Translations under genes and position numbers: made by a program | Notes under the pieces: model-generated | Database searches by the model: none | The model's input: only the letters and a program-made list of their open reading frames with translations | What the model was told of the DNA's origin: nothing | Shown: one piece after another, positions 1 to 8,982 of the stretch | How positions within the stretch are numbered: the stretch's first letter is position 1 | Layout: each line of letters opens with the position of its first letter | Sequence record: OR062524 | DNA from: Escherichia phage vB_EcoM_3A1_SA_NWU | Direction: 5' to 3' (one strand) | Length of the DNA: 64,000 nt

Positions 1-1
1 T

Positions 2-109
2 GGAACAGAACGTGGTGTTGATGTGATCAATACTCAACCTGTAGCTAAATCTTCTTCTGAACTGATTAGTCAGAAAGCTGCTGAACTTAAAAAAGCCCAG
101 AAACAATAA
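2..109 (+). CDS. 3' end of an upstream CDS (partial; likely head assembly gene such as scaffold/protease)
   Basis: Open frame from window edge to TAA at 107-109; followed by AGGAGA RBS of next gene; position upstream of decoration/capsid genes. Confidence 0.4.
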   Translation, partial: GTERGVDVINTQPVAKSSSELISQKAAELKKAQKQ

Positions 110-128
110 TCTTAGGAGATTAAATTAA

Positions 129-527
129 ATGGCTAAAGGAATTACTTTATCTAACTCTCGCCAGGAATTCGGACACCTGGTTCTGGGTGGAGTGTTTAGC
201 TCTGACCTTGGACACTGTGTACGTGAAGTTAACCTGGTTAAAACAGCAACCATGAAAATTGGTTCTATCCTGAAAGCTGACAACACTGAAGCTGCTAAAG
301 CTGAAGCTGCCGATGCTGCTAAAGTTCTGATTTGGACTGATGCTCTGTTCGGTATTGATGATGTAGCAGTAGGTGACACTTTCACCGCAGTTGTTGGCGT
401 ACGTGATCTTACTCTGAACCGCTTTGCAGTATACTACAAAGATGGCTCCCTGGTAGATGACGCTGGCGTAGCAGCACTGGAAACACATGATCTGAAACTG
501 ACCGAAAAAGTCGTTTTCACTTCTTAA
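129..527 (+). CDS. head decoration-like protein (lambda gpD-like, putative)
   Basis: 132 aa, Ala/Val-rich, directly upstream of major capsid gene; resemblance in composition to lambda gpD; AGGAGA RBS; high-expression codon usage. Confidence 0.45.
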   Translation: MAKGITLSNSRQEFGHLVLGGVFSSDLGHCVREVNLVKTATMKIGSILKADNTEAAKAEAADAAKVLIWTDALFGIDDVAVGDTFTAVVGVRDLTLNRFAVYYKDGSLVDDAGVAALETHDLKLTEKVVFTS

Positions 528-548
528 TTTTAATAGGAGATTAATATA

Positions 549-1550
549 ATGCCAGCAGTAATTTTAGATCAGGTTGTAGATTTCAGCCCTATGATCGAAC
601 TTCAGGATTCCCCTGATACACTGATTGCCAGCCTGAATCTGTTCAGTGTTGACTATCATTCAACTACCGCTATTGAAATCGGTAAAGAAAAAGCTGAAGA
701 TGCTCTGATCTCCGCTCGTGAGCGTGGTGGTGAGCGTAACTTCCTGACCATGAAAAATCCAGAACTGAAAGCGTTCCGCATTCCGTTCTTCCCTCTGGAT
801 AAAAACATCAAAGCTCAAGATATTCAATCTTTCCGTAGTTTTGCAATGGCAGGAATCAATGACTCTCTGCGCACAGACGCTGAAGTTGTTAACCGCTATA
901 TGTCCCAGATTCTGCGTGACGTAGCAAAAACCAAAGAAAAAATCTTTGCAGAAGCAGTTATGGGTCGTGCCTATAACGGCGTAGGTGGTGCAGCTAACTC
1001 TGCATACAACTGGTATACCGAATGGGGTGCTACCCAGAAATCTGTTGCTGTAGACTTTGCTTCTACCACTGTTTCTCCAGCAGCCACTATCGAACAAGAA
1101 GCTCGTGCTTACATCATCGATACTAAACAAGATGGCTCTACCGCTACCCGTATCGTAGCTCTGTGTTCTCGTGAGTTTTTCGCATCTCTGGTTAACTCTC
1201 CATTTGTTCGCCAGGCATATCAGTATTTCCAGGGAACTCCTAACCTTCTGCGTGACCGCCTTAGCGGTAACATGGATGTTCAGGTGTTCGAATGGAACGG
1301 TGTAACTTACATTGAAGATATCCACGGTAACATCCCTGCTGGTGAAGCATATGTTCTGCCTATGGGTATCGAAGGTATGTTCCAGGCGCACTACGCTCCT
1401 GCGGATACTCCAGAACTGGCTAACACCCAGGCTCGTGAACTGTATACCTTCATGATCAGCCAGCACCGCACTATTCAGCTTCAGTCTGAATTCTCGCTGC
1501 TCGCAGTTAACACCCGTCCAGAACTGGTAGTTAAACTGACTACGGCTTAA
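549..1550 (+). CDS. major capsid protein (lambda gpE-like family, putative)
   Basis: 333 aa; C-terminal region ...LANTQAREL... resembles lambda gpE ...LGNTQARGL...; strong RBS; strong terminator immediately downstream. Confidence 0.65.
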   Translation: MPAVILDQVVDFSPMIELQDSPDTLIASLNLFSVDYHSTTAIEIGKEKAEDALISARERGGERNFLTMKNPELKAFRIPFFPLDKNIKAQDIQSFRSFAMAGINDSLRTDAEVVNRYMSQILRDVAKTKEKIFAEAVMGRAYNGVGGAANSAYNWYTEWGATQKSVAVDFASTTVSPAATIEQEARAYIIDTKQDGSTATRIVALCSREFFASLVNSPFVRQAYQYFQGTPNLLRDRLSGNMDVQVFEWNGVTYIEDIHGNIPAGEAYVLPMGIEGMFQAHYAPADTPELANTQARELYTFMISQHRTIQLQSEFSLLAVNTRPELVVKLTTA

Positions 1551-1570
1551 TAGAACTCTGTTAATATTAG

Positions 1571-1604
1571 AGGCTCGTCCGTGATGGGCGAGCCTTTTCT
1601 GTTT
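1571..1604 (+). terminator. rho-independent terminator after capsid gene
   Basis: Hairpin aggctcgtcc-gtgatg-ggcgagcct followed by ttttctgttt. Confidence 0.6.
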
Positions 1605-1634
1605 ACAATAAGAGTTTACAACGAGGAGATTGAT

Positions 1635-1979
1635 ATGTCAAACCCAGAATTGAAACGTTACTTTAGTTATCACGAAATGATTCGTGATTTCGAATCGCTT
1701 TCACCACTGATCGATGCTGATAAAACATTAGTATCTGCGCCACCAATGTCTTTCTATCTGAAAGATGGTCGTATTGCATTAGGTGGAAACTTCATTCACT
1801 TCCTCACGCGTTTGAGAGAAGAAACAGGTATTCTTGTGCATCCTTTTGCAAGTGAAGAACACATGGGTTACTATCTTGTAAGTTACGAAGACTATGCACC
1901 TGTAAAAATCAAAGAAGAAGTTTTAAAAGTAGAAGCGGTAGACACTCCAGCTAAAAAACGTTCCCTTCGTAAAAAATAA
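1635..1979 (+). CDS. hypothetical head/neck protein
   Basis: Track ORF 1581-1979; start moved to ATG 1635 because GAGGAG RBS precedes it and the 1581 start lies inside the terminator hairpin. Confidence 0.5.
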   Translation: MSNPELKRYFSYHEMIRDFESLSPLIDADKTLVSAPPMSFYLKDGRIALGGNFIHFLTRLREETGILVHPFASEEHMGYYLVSYEDYAPVKIKEEVLKVEAVDTPAKKRSLRKK

Positions 1980-1988
1980 GGTGGGCTT

Positions 1989-2537
1989 ATGCTGAATGCG
2001 GTAGAGTTGGCACCACTGATCCGAATTCTTGTTTATAACCCTTCTCAAGAAGTATTGCCAGATGCAATGCTGATTCAGATCGTCCAAACTTGGATTGATA
2101 TTATAGGGAATGAAGATAAGGATAAGTGTGCAGTATTGTGGAACAGCTTGATTTCTGTTTTAGAGTATTTATGGAACAACGATGTTCTTAACAACAGTAC
2201 TCAAACAGGAGGAGCTATGTCCCGCAGAGAAAAGATGGGTGAAGTCGAAGTTGAAGTTAAATTTAACAACGGTCAAGTCACTTATAAATCTCCGTGGGAA
2301 GATATTTATCATAACTATTTAAATGGTCTTATGGTGATCCCTGGGTGCACGGCAGGACGAGGAGCAACCAGCAAAGTTCTTATTGGCGGTGTGGATGCTC
2401 GTGAGATTGATCGAGTAAACAGCGATCCTAACTCTGTAAATGGTCTTGGTAATGTTGCAAGTGTTGATCGTAATACACGCAACGTTAATTATTTGCGAAA
2501 TTACGGACCTGTTTCTTTTTATCGTAGGGACAAATAA
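1989..2537 (+). CDS. hypothetical head-tail connector/completion protein
   Basis: 182 aa ORF in structural operon between capsid and tail genes. Confidence 0.4.
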   Translation: MLNAVELAPLIRILVYNPSQEVLPDAMLIQIVQTWIDIIGNEDKDKCAVLWNSLISVLEYLWNNDVLNNSTQTGGAMSRREKMGEVEVEVKFNNGQVTYKSPWEDIYHNYLNGLMVIPGCTAGRGATSKVLIGGVDAREIDRVNSDPNSVNGLGNVASVDRNTRNVNYLRNYGPVSFYRRDK

Positions 2538-3025
2538 TGGAAAGTGAGATCTTACCAGGTGACGATACAGATTGGGAAACCATTATCAAAAAGATGATGG
2601 ACCTTGAACAAGTTCAAATCGAAGCTGGTTTTTTAACAAACAAAAGGCATCCTGAATCAGATCTCACTATTCCTGCAATAGCAGCTATTCAACAATATGG
2701 TAATGAAACAAATAACATACCTGCTCGCCCTTTTATAACAGATGGTGCTGTTATCTCACAGAACGATATCGCTAAAAAGATGAAGCAGGTGTTTGCAAAT
2801 TACTTAATGAATAATGTCGGGTTAGCTGTTTTTGAGCCTATAGCGAGAGCCTCTAGAGAAGGAATAGCTCAAGCGATTGCAATGCAACGTTATCGTCCTT
2901 TATCTCCTGTGACAATTAAGATACGACAAGATAAAGGCAACTATTCTAATCATATCTTAATAGATACGGCACACATGATAAATGCAATCGAAACAAAAAT
3001 CACAAAAAGCAAGTCTAAAAAATAA
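2537..3025 (+). CDS. hypothetical head-tail joining protein
   Basis: 162 aa ORF, start overlaps previous stop (ATGA-type coupling). Confidence 0.4.
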   Translation: MESEILPGDDTDWETIIKKMMDLEQVQIEAGFLTNKRHPESDLTIPAIAAIQQYGNETNNIPARPFITDGAVISQNDIAKKMKQVFANYLMNNVGLAVFEPIARASREGIAQAIAMQRYRPLSPVTIKIRQDKGNYSNHILIDTAHMINAIETKITKSKSKK

Positions 3026-3026
3026 C

Positions 3027-3055
3027 TTGCATAAACTTTGTTTTTGATGTATACT
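3027..3055 (+). promoter_or_regulatory. sigma70-like promoter (TTGCAT-17 nt-TATACT)
   Basis: -35 TTGCAT 3027-3032, 17-nt spacer, -10 TATACT 3050-3055, followed by AAGGAG RBS and GTG 3071. Confidence 0.45.
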
Positions 3056-3070
3056 AAAAAGGAGATACAA

Positions 3071-3487
3071 GTGTTACTAGATCAATTTACTCTCCTTGAT
3101 CTAACTGAATATCAAGGTCGTAGACGAGTCTACAAAGAGGCTGTTGGTTCAGTTATTGCTAACTTAGAAAGTAGTGTAGAATATGAACCATTTACTATTG
3201 AAGCTGCAAGCTTACAACCGATATCTGGTAAAACACTGAATGCACTACCTGAAGGTTACAGATCTAAGGCTCAATATAGTTTCTGGACTAAAACAGAAAT
3301 GAGGGGGTTACAACAAGGAACAGAACAGTTATCAGATCAGATATTGATAGATGGTAAATGGTATTCTGTTTATTCCCTTAAAGATTGGACCAGAACATCT
3401 TTCTTAGTCCATCATCACTGTGTTGCAATATTAGACGATCAAAACAACTCCTGGTCTTATGGAACAGAAGGAGGAAACTTTGGCTAA
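3071..3487 (+). CDS. hypothetical structural protein
   Basis: Track ORF 3038-3487; preferred start GTG 3071 (AAGGAG RBS 6 nt upstream, downstream of putative -10). Confidence 0.45.
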   Translation: MLLDQFTLLDLTEYQGRRRVYKEAVGSVIANLESSVEYEPFTIEAASLQPISGKTLNALPEGYRSKAQYSFWTKTEMRGLQQGTEQLSDQILIDGKWYSVYSLKDWTRTSFLVHHHCVAILDDQNNSWSYGTEGGNFG

Positions 3488-4118
3488 TATTTACCAACAA
3501 ATAGAAGCATACGAAAATGCCATCTACTTAAATATAGGTGGCTTCCTTCAAGAATTAGTGGGGTTGCCAGTCTATGTTATGGATAAGCCATTCATTAAAC
3601 CGGATACTCCTTACCTAGCACTACGTATTATCACTTCCAGCGATTCTGGAGGTTGGTCTTACCGAAGTTCTATTCAAAATGATATGTATTCCTACGAGAT
3701 GGATAATACCTACGAGATTGAACTTGTAGCCTATCGTGGAAGACCTACCACTTTGATGAGCTATGTTCTGGCTGCTCTCCGTGGTGCAGAGGAATTAAAA
3801 TACAAACATCTCTATTCTAAAGGTCTTGGTTTTTTAGGAGCCTCTAATATAGCTCAAGCCAATACAATTGTAGACGGAGATAAGACTGAATTAAGAGCGC
3901 GTATGGTTATGACGTTCAACACTCGTATGAGTATTGAAGATATTGCTACTACACCAATAGAAGCAATCAACATGCACATCCGTTCATTCAGAGATAGTTA
4001 CAATGATCCTATCCCTTTAGATTTAATTCTAAACAGGGTTTATGCAATTACTTTGGTTCCAGGCGAATACTCGTCAGTCAATCAAAATGGATCATTATTT
4101 AACAACCCTACCGAATAA
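3459..4118 (+). CDS. hypothetical tail-proximal protein
   Basis: 219 aa ORF; alternative TTG start at 3480 just after a GGAGG motif. Confidence 0.45.
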   Translation: MEQKEETLANIYQQIEAYENAIYLNIGGFLQELVGLPVYVMDKPFIKPDTPYLALRIITSSDSGGWSYRSSIQNDMYSYEMDNTYEIELVAYRGRPTTLMSYVLAALRGAEELKYKHLYSKGLGFLGASNIAQANTIVDGDKTELRARMVMTFNTRMSIEDIATTPIEAINMHIRSFRDSYNDPIPLDLILNRVYAITLVPGEYSSVNQNGSLFNNPTE

Positions 4119-4152
4119 ACTCATTGGAATTAAGTTTCTAACAGGAGCATAA

Positions 4153-5526
4153 ATGGCAACTTTTCGTGAAAAGGTAGCAACCGTAACTTTACTGTATGGT
4201 GCTACATCAATTCGTGAAACCCAGTTCGATATTCCCCTGATCCTTACAGGTCAGAACGTAACTGGCGAAGCGATTCAATATTACTCTTCTTCCGATGCAC
4301 TTTTGGAAGCAGGTTATGGATTAAATGATCCAGCGTATATTATGGCAGTCAAACTGTTTAATGGTTTGTTCCCACCAGATCAAGTCATGGTTGGTAAGCG
4401 TGAAGTTACAAACTTTACTCTAACTCCAATCGTAGAAGATAGTGCAACTTACACAATTACCATCAAAAATGGTACCAAGAAAAAAGAATTTAAATTCATT
4501 GCTGATGACACTGCAACTGCACAAGAGATTGTAGTTGGTCTGACTGAAATGATCAATGCAGATCTTGTTTATGGCCCACTGTTTACAGTGGCTAACAACG
4601 GCGCTGCAATGACTTTCACTCCAGTAGAAGGTAAGTTTGGTTCTATTGACAGCACAGGTTTCACTCAAGAAACTGTCTATGCTAATGCTATTACGGAAGA
4701 TATTGCTGCTCTGCATGATATTGATAGTAGCTGGTTCTGGACCCTTTCAGATTCCCATGAAACAGAAGATGTTCTAGCTTTGGCTGCATGGGTAGAAGAG
4801 AATGATAAAGTTTACTTCTTCTCTAGCTCTGAACCTGGAATTAAAACGAAAGCAGAAGACAACGTTCTGGAACGACTGAATGACCTCGGTTATAATAACA
4901 CTTGCTTTGCTTTGTGGATGACAGATGCAGATTCTGTATTCCCAGAAGCAGCAGTTGTTGGTGCAATCTGTTCTCGTCAACCTGGTTTGACTACTCTTCA
5001 CGGTAAAACACTGGTAGGTGTAGAGATCGAGAAACTGGATCAGACTTCGGAAAACAATATTGTTCAACAGAACGGTAACATCTATCGTAAAGAGCATGGA
5101 ACTCTGTTCTATCGTGACGGATTGATGGTTAGCGGTTTCTTTGTTGACTATGTTGTTCATGCTTTGTGGTTTAAAGCTCGCACAGAAGAATCACTGTTTA
5201 CACTGTTTAAACAACAGTCTATGCTGGGTGGTGGTGTTCGTGCTACTTCAAACGGTCTGGCTTTGATTCGACAAGCTGTTCTGGCTAACCCGATCCAAGT
5301 AGGTATCCTCAACGGTTCCATCGCTAATGAAGTTGTTACTTCTGAAGAGACTGGTTTGCGTGTCGATCTGAAACCTATAGTTTATATTCCTTCTCGTGCT
5401 GATATGACCGATGCGCAAATCAATGCTCGTCTGGTTGATGGGATGAAGATTGAATATGTTTACGCTGGCTTCTTCCATTACGTTAAAGTTCAGGTCAACG
5501 TCCTGACTAACCGTACTGCAAACTAA
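4153..5526 (+). CDS. tail sheath protein (putative)
   Basis: 457 aa, position immediately before a ~160 aa tube-like gene, chaperone pair and tape measure; AGGAGC RBS. Confidence 0.45.
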   Translation: MATFREKVATVTLLYGATSIRETQFDIPLILTGQNVTGEAIQYYSSSDALLEAGYGLNDPAYIMAVKLFNGLFPPDQVMVGKREVTNFTLTPIVEDSATYTITIKNGTKKKEFKFIADDTATAQEIVVGLTEMINADLVYGPLFTVANNGAAMTFTPVEGKFGSIDSTGFTQETVYANAITEDIAALHDIDSSWFWTLSDSHETEDVLALAAWVEENDKVYFFSSSEPGIKTKAEDNVLERLNDLGYNNTCFALWMTDADSVFPEAAVVGAICSRQPGLTTLHGKTLVGVEIEKLDQTSENNIVQQNGNIYRKEHGTLFYRDGLMVSGFFVDYVVHALWFKARTEESLFTLFKQQSMLGGGVRATSNGLALIRQAVLANPIQVGILNGSIANEVVTSEETGLRVDLKPIVYIPSRADMTDAQINARLVDGMKIEYVYAGFFHYVKVQVNVLTNRTAN

Positions 5527-5555
5527 TACGGCGGGGGGTTAAGCCCCCGTTATCA
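5527..5555 (+). terminator. weak terminator-like hairpin after sheath gene
   Basis: cggcgggggg-ttaa-gcccccg hairpin, poor U-tract. Confidence 0.35.
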
Positions 5556-5573
5556 AAATAAAGAGGATCTATA

Positions 5574-6053
5574 ATGGATAAAATGCTTACTGGCGTAATG
5601 GCCTACGACCCATCTCAAGTTATCCTTTCATTAGGTGGTTGGGAACCGTGGGGTTTTGCGGCTGATACTAAAATCGTTATTGCTAAATCTAACGATATTA
5701 TCAACCCTTACTCAGGGACTGATGGGGACGTTTCATTAGCTTTGAGTCGTAACCGTTTGGGAACACTCACAATGTCTTTGCAACGCACATCTCCAGCTAA
5801 CGAAGTACTTGCAACATATGCACAAACAATGTATTCTACTCGTCAAGTAGCATTCAGTGTTTACTTGGAAGACCCACGTGGCTATTACATTAGCACGATT
5901 GGATGGATTCAAAGTCAGCCTGAAGATACTATTGGCGAAATGATTACAGAGAACCAATGGGTTATTGGTCTTAAAGATGCAAGCCTTCTGCGTAATGAAG
6001 TTGGTGTAGGTTTGAGCACCCTTAACTCAATCTCTGCTCTGACAATTCAATAA
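5574..6053 (+). CDS. tail tube protein (putative)
   Basis: 159 aa, follows sheath-like gene, flanked by terminators; AAGAGGA RBS. Confidence 0.45.
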   Translation: MDKMLTGVMAYDPSQVILSLGGWEPWGFAADTKIVIAKSNDIINPYSGTDGDVSLALSRNRLGTLTMSLQRTSPANEVLATYAQTMYSTRQVAFSVYLEDPRGYYISTIGWIQSQPEDTIGEMITENQWVIGLKDASLLRNEVGVGLSTLNSISALTIQ

Positions 6054-6058
6054 TAAAT

Positions 6059-6082
6059 AAAGGGCAGAAATGCCCTTTTTAT
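6059..6082 (+). terminator. rho-independent terminator after tube gene
   Basis: agggca-gaaa-tgccct followed by ttttt. Confidence 0.6.
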
Positions 6083-6098
6083 CATTAGAGAGGAAAAT

Positions 6099-6581
6099 AT
6101 GTCACAAGAACAAGATAACACAATTCAAAAATATGCTCGACCAGAAGAAGTAGTTGAGATTCCGTTAGATGGAAACAGATCTGTTACTTTCCGTATTATG
6201 AAGTGGAGTCCATCTAAAGTGTTTGACAGGATTCCAGAATTAGGTAGTGTTCTGGTTGTTCCTATGACTATGTATAGCACAGCAACAATGTCCGCAGACG
6301 AAGACCTTGAGTCACGTATTGCTATGGCACTGATCCAACTTTTTGCAGGTTTGGAAGAAAAGAATTTAACTGTCTTTTTGCGTAAAATTTTAGATGAGGT
6401 TTATACTCAAGACGGTTATAACGTTGCAGAAAATTTTGATGAATTATTTATGGCTCACCCAGAACTAGTGTTAGATCTTACGGCTAAAGTTCTGGAGGTA
6501 AACTACGGCCCTTTTTTCAAACGAGGTTTCGGAAAACTGTTCACACAGCTTCAGGCGATGACGAGTTTAGCAGCAAATTAA
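6099..6581 (+). CDS. tail assembly chaperone (upstream frame)
   Basis: 160 aa ORF immediately upstream of tape measure gene; contains slippery heptamer near its 3' end. Confidence 0.55.
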   Translation: MSQEQDNTIQKYARPEEVVEIPLDGNRSVTFRIMKWSPSKVFDRIPELGSVLVVPMTMYSTATMSADEDLESRIAMALIQLFAGLEEKNLTVFLRKILDEVYTQDGYNVAENFDELFMAHPELVLDLTAKVLEVNYGPFFKRGFGKLFTQLQAMTSLAAN

Positions 6582-6847
6582 CACCTGCGATTGAACATGC
6601 TATCGACACAGCAACGAAAACCCTTACTTTGAAGTGGTATGAGGTTATTCTTTGCAAAGTCGTTAAAGATACCTCGGAAACACTGAAAACATTGGATAAC
6701 TACGGTGTAGATTATCTTTTAAAACTATATGAGTATTTAACATACGAAGAGTATGTTGAAGCCATGTATGTTAAAGACACTTCAATAAAGAGAAAACATC
6801 AAAACCAGACAAATAAAATGTCAGATTTGTTTAAGAAACTTGTTTAA
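6488..6847 (+). CDS. tail assembly chaperone -1 frame extension (expressed as frameshift fusion)
   Basis: -1 frame relative to 6099-6581, open 6488-6847, overlaps upstream ORF by 94 nt; classic G/GT-like arrangement before tape measure. Confidence 0.5.
   Translation, partial: SSGGKLRPFFQTRFRKTVHTASGDDEFSSKLTPAIEHAIDTATKTLTLKWYEVILCKVVKDTSETLKTLDNYGVDYLLKLYEYLTYEEYVEAMYVKDTSIKRKHQNQTNKMSDLFKKLV
6512..6518 (+). other. candidate -1 programmed ribosomal frameshift site (T TTT TTC)
   Basis: Heptamer T-TTT-TTC in zero frame of 6099-6581 (codons Pro138-Phe139-Phe140); -1 frame is open from 6488 to 6847. Confidence 0.5.
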
Positions 6848-6867
6848 TCCAACACGAGGAACATACT

Positions 6868-8856
6868 TTGTTAGAAATTAACGCCTCCAAAATTAGTAAC
6901 GTGGTTACGTTTAAGGTGGACAAGAACAGTCTCAAGGAAGCAAAAGATGCCGTGTTGAGTGTTCAGAAGTTTGCAAATAAAATGCAACCCACTATGAACA
7001 TGACCAAGTTTAGACAACAAATGAAAGAGATTGAGCGTGAACTTAAGAAAGCTCAAACTCAAAGTCAAAAACCTATGCGAGCACCTACTCCCGCTGGAGC
7101 GGGTGCTCCTGTAGGAGGATCTGGTAGACCTAGAACTCCTAAAACCCCGCAAGGAAGAGAAGAAGAAAAAGCTCGTAAAGCTGCTGAACGCGAAGCTAAA
7201 GCAGCAGCACGTAGGGAAGATTTAGGTAATCTTCGTTTGCAGAACTTTAACTACAGAGCAAGAGCATTTAGTAAAGCCAGTCCTGGCGCTATGCAAGAAG
7301 CTAGAGATGTTATGGGTAAAGCTGTAGAGCAATACAAAAAGGGTGAAATAACTCTTCAACGTATGAACCAAGCTCTTGCTCACCAGTTGGATGCTTTACG
7401 CAGATCGCATCGTGAAAAGAATGCTGAAATAGAAGACGAGGTTCGCGGTCGTCGCCGTATTCGTAGAGAGTTAGAAGCAGAAGCTAAAATGCGTATACGT
7501 ATGCGAAATCGTGAACTTAGAGATATAGAACGCAACCGTAAGCGTGAATTAGCTCAACAAAAACGTGATCGTGATCGTAGATATGGACAATTAAAAGAAG
7601 GTGCAGCAGGTCTTAATCCACGTATGATTGCATCCTCTTTGATAGGTGCTGGGCTGTTTGCAGGTGGTTCTGTAGTTGGTAACACGTTGATGAATACTAA
7701 CGAAAGAATTAAACTTGTAAGCCGTGGTGCTGAAAACGTTCAGACAAACGCCAACGCTATTTTGGCAATGACAGCTTGGGGTGAACAGAACGGTGTAGAC
7801 TCTGCAAATATTATTAAATCAATAGATAATATTAAAGACGTTCGTGAACGTCTTGGTAATACAGTTTTAGCTGCAAAGTGGAATGAGAAAGAAGGGAAGT
7901 GGAAAGGCGGTGATAATGGCATAACTGACATTATGAACTTGTTTGGATGGAATCCAGAACAGCTTAAACCTTTACAGAACGATCCTTTAGCTTTTATTCA
8001 GGCTACTGTTAATGAAGGTGAGCGTCGAGGTATGAACTCTGCTCAAATCGGGCGACTTCTTGAAAACCTTGGTGATGACCTTATGCACTACCAACGTATG
8101 TTTAGTAAAAACGGCGAAGGGTATAATGAAGTATTGAAAATGCTTCAAAGAACAGGTGCAACATTAACTCAAGAACAAATAGATGCTTCTAAAGAGTTTA
8201 CTCGTTTTGCTGCAACAGTTCAGCTTGTAGGTCAAGGTATGCAGAACCATTTCTTAGAAGGTTTTGTAAAAGCATTACCTAAAGATGATTCTTGGTTGGA
8301 TAACGTTAAAGTGCTAGATCAGTTCGCCAAAGATTTAGGTGAAGAACTCGGTAAGACAACAGTTCAATTAGGAGGTTTTGCTAAAGAATTGGGAGATGGT
8401 TTCGGATCTTTTACCAATTGGCTTAAAGAAACATTCCCAGATACATTCGGAGACAACACAGATCCTAATAAATCTATGGCACAAAAAGCATACGAGGCAA
8501 CGCAAAGTGGAGACAGCAATCCTGTAGCAGATTGGTTGTACAATTTAACAGGTATTGATACACAAGATATTGGTCGTATGTGGAGAGGAGAACAAACAAG
8601 GACACGTGCTTTTGGATTTGGTAATCCTCTTGAAGATTTACGTGAATCAGCCTATACACCTAACGTAAGTTTGGCTCGTAATCAACCTGTTGTTGAGAAT
8701 ACGGTAGCAATACCAAGTGATCTTATCAAAGTTACGATCAGCCCTTCTTCAGAGTTTGGAAATATTCTTGATGCAAGAATTCAAAATAGCGGAAATAGCA
8801 TTTTCCAACGTTTGTCTCTTTCAACTCTAAGTGGACAATCTAACACTGGTGGTTAA
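6868..8856 (+). CDS. tail tape measure protein
   Basis: 662 aa, follows chaperone frameshift pair; highly charged Arg/Glu-rich coiled-coil-like region; TTG start with GAGGA RBS. Confidence 0.7.
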   Translation: MLEINASKISNVVTFKVDKNSLKEAKDAVLSVQKFANKMQPTMNMTKFRQQMKEIERELKKAQTQSQKPMRAPTPAGAGAPVGGSGRPRTPKTPQGREEEKARKAAEREAKAAARREDLGNLRLQNFNYRARAFSKASPGAMQEARDVMGKAVEQYKKGEITLQRMNQALAHQLDALRRSHREKNAEIEDEVRGRRRIRRELEAEAKMRIRMRNRELRDIERNRKRELAQQKRDRDRRYGQLKEGAAGLNPRMIASSLIGAGLFAGGSVVGNTLMNTNERIKLVSRGAENVQTNANAILAMTAWGEQNGVDSANIIKSIDNIKDVRERLGNTVLAAKWNEKEGKWKGGDNGITDIMNLFGWNPEQLKPLQNDPLAFIQATVNEGERRGMNSAQIGRLLENLGDDLMHYQRMFSKNGEGYNEVLKMLQRTGATLTQEQIDASKEFTRFAATVQLVGQGMQNHFLEGFVKALPKDDSWLDNVKVLDQFAKDLGEELGKTTVQLGGFAKELGDGFGSFTNWLKETFPDTFGDNTDPNKSMAQKAYEATQSGDSNPVADWLYNLTGIDTQDIGRMWRGEQTRTRAFGFGNPLEDLRESAYTPNVSLARNQPVVENTVAIPSDLIKVTISPSSEFGNILDARIQNSGNSIFQRLSLSTLSGQSNTGG

Positions 8857-8863
8857 TAAAATA

Positions 8864-8885
8864 CCTCGCTTCGGCGGGGTTTTTT
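8864..8885 (+). terminator. rho-independent terminator after tape measure gene
   Basis: cctcgc-ttcg-gcgggg stem-loop followed by TTTTTT. Confidence 0.6.
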
Positions 8886-8893
8886 CGTTTCCC

Positions 8894-8923
8894 TTGACAC
8901 GAAGTTTCTATATGTGTTACAAT
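8894..8923 (+). promoter_or_regulatory. sigma70-like promoter (TTGACA-18 nt-TACAAT, TG at -15/-14)
   Basis: -35 TTGACA 8894-8899, -10 TACAAT 8918-8923 preceded by TGT. Confidence 0.5.
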
Positions 8924-8933
8924 AATCAATATG

Positions 8934-8956
8934 GGAAGATCTTGCATCTTCCTTTT
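8934..8956 (+). promoter_or_regulatory. promoter-proximal 5' leader hairpin
   Basis: ggaagat-cttgc-atcttcc perfect 7-bp stem then tttt, lies a few nt after predicted transcription start. Confidence 0.4.
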
Positions 8957-8982
8957 GGCATTATCATTACTACGAGGTTATC

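Noticed and set aside
3038-3070. Track start (TTG 3038) and ATG 3047 for the ORF ending at 3487
   Set aside because: Both lie upstream of or within the predicted -10 box and lack an RBS; GTG 3071 with AAGGAG 6 nt upstream was preferred.
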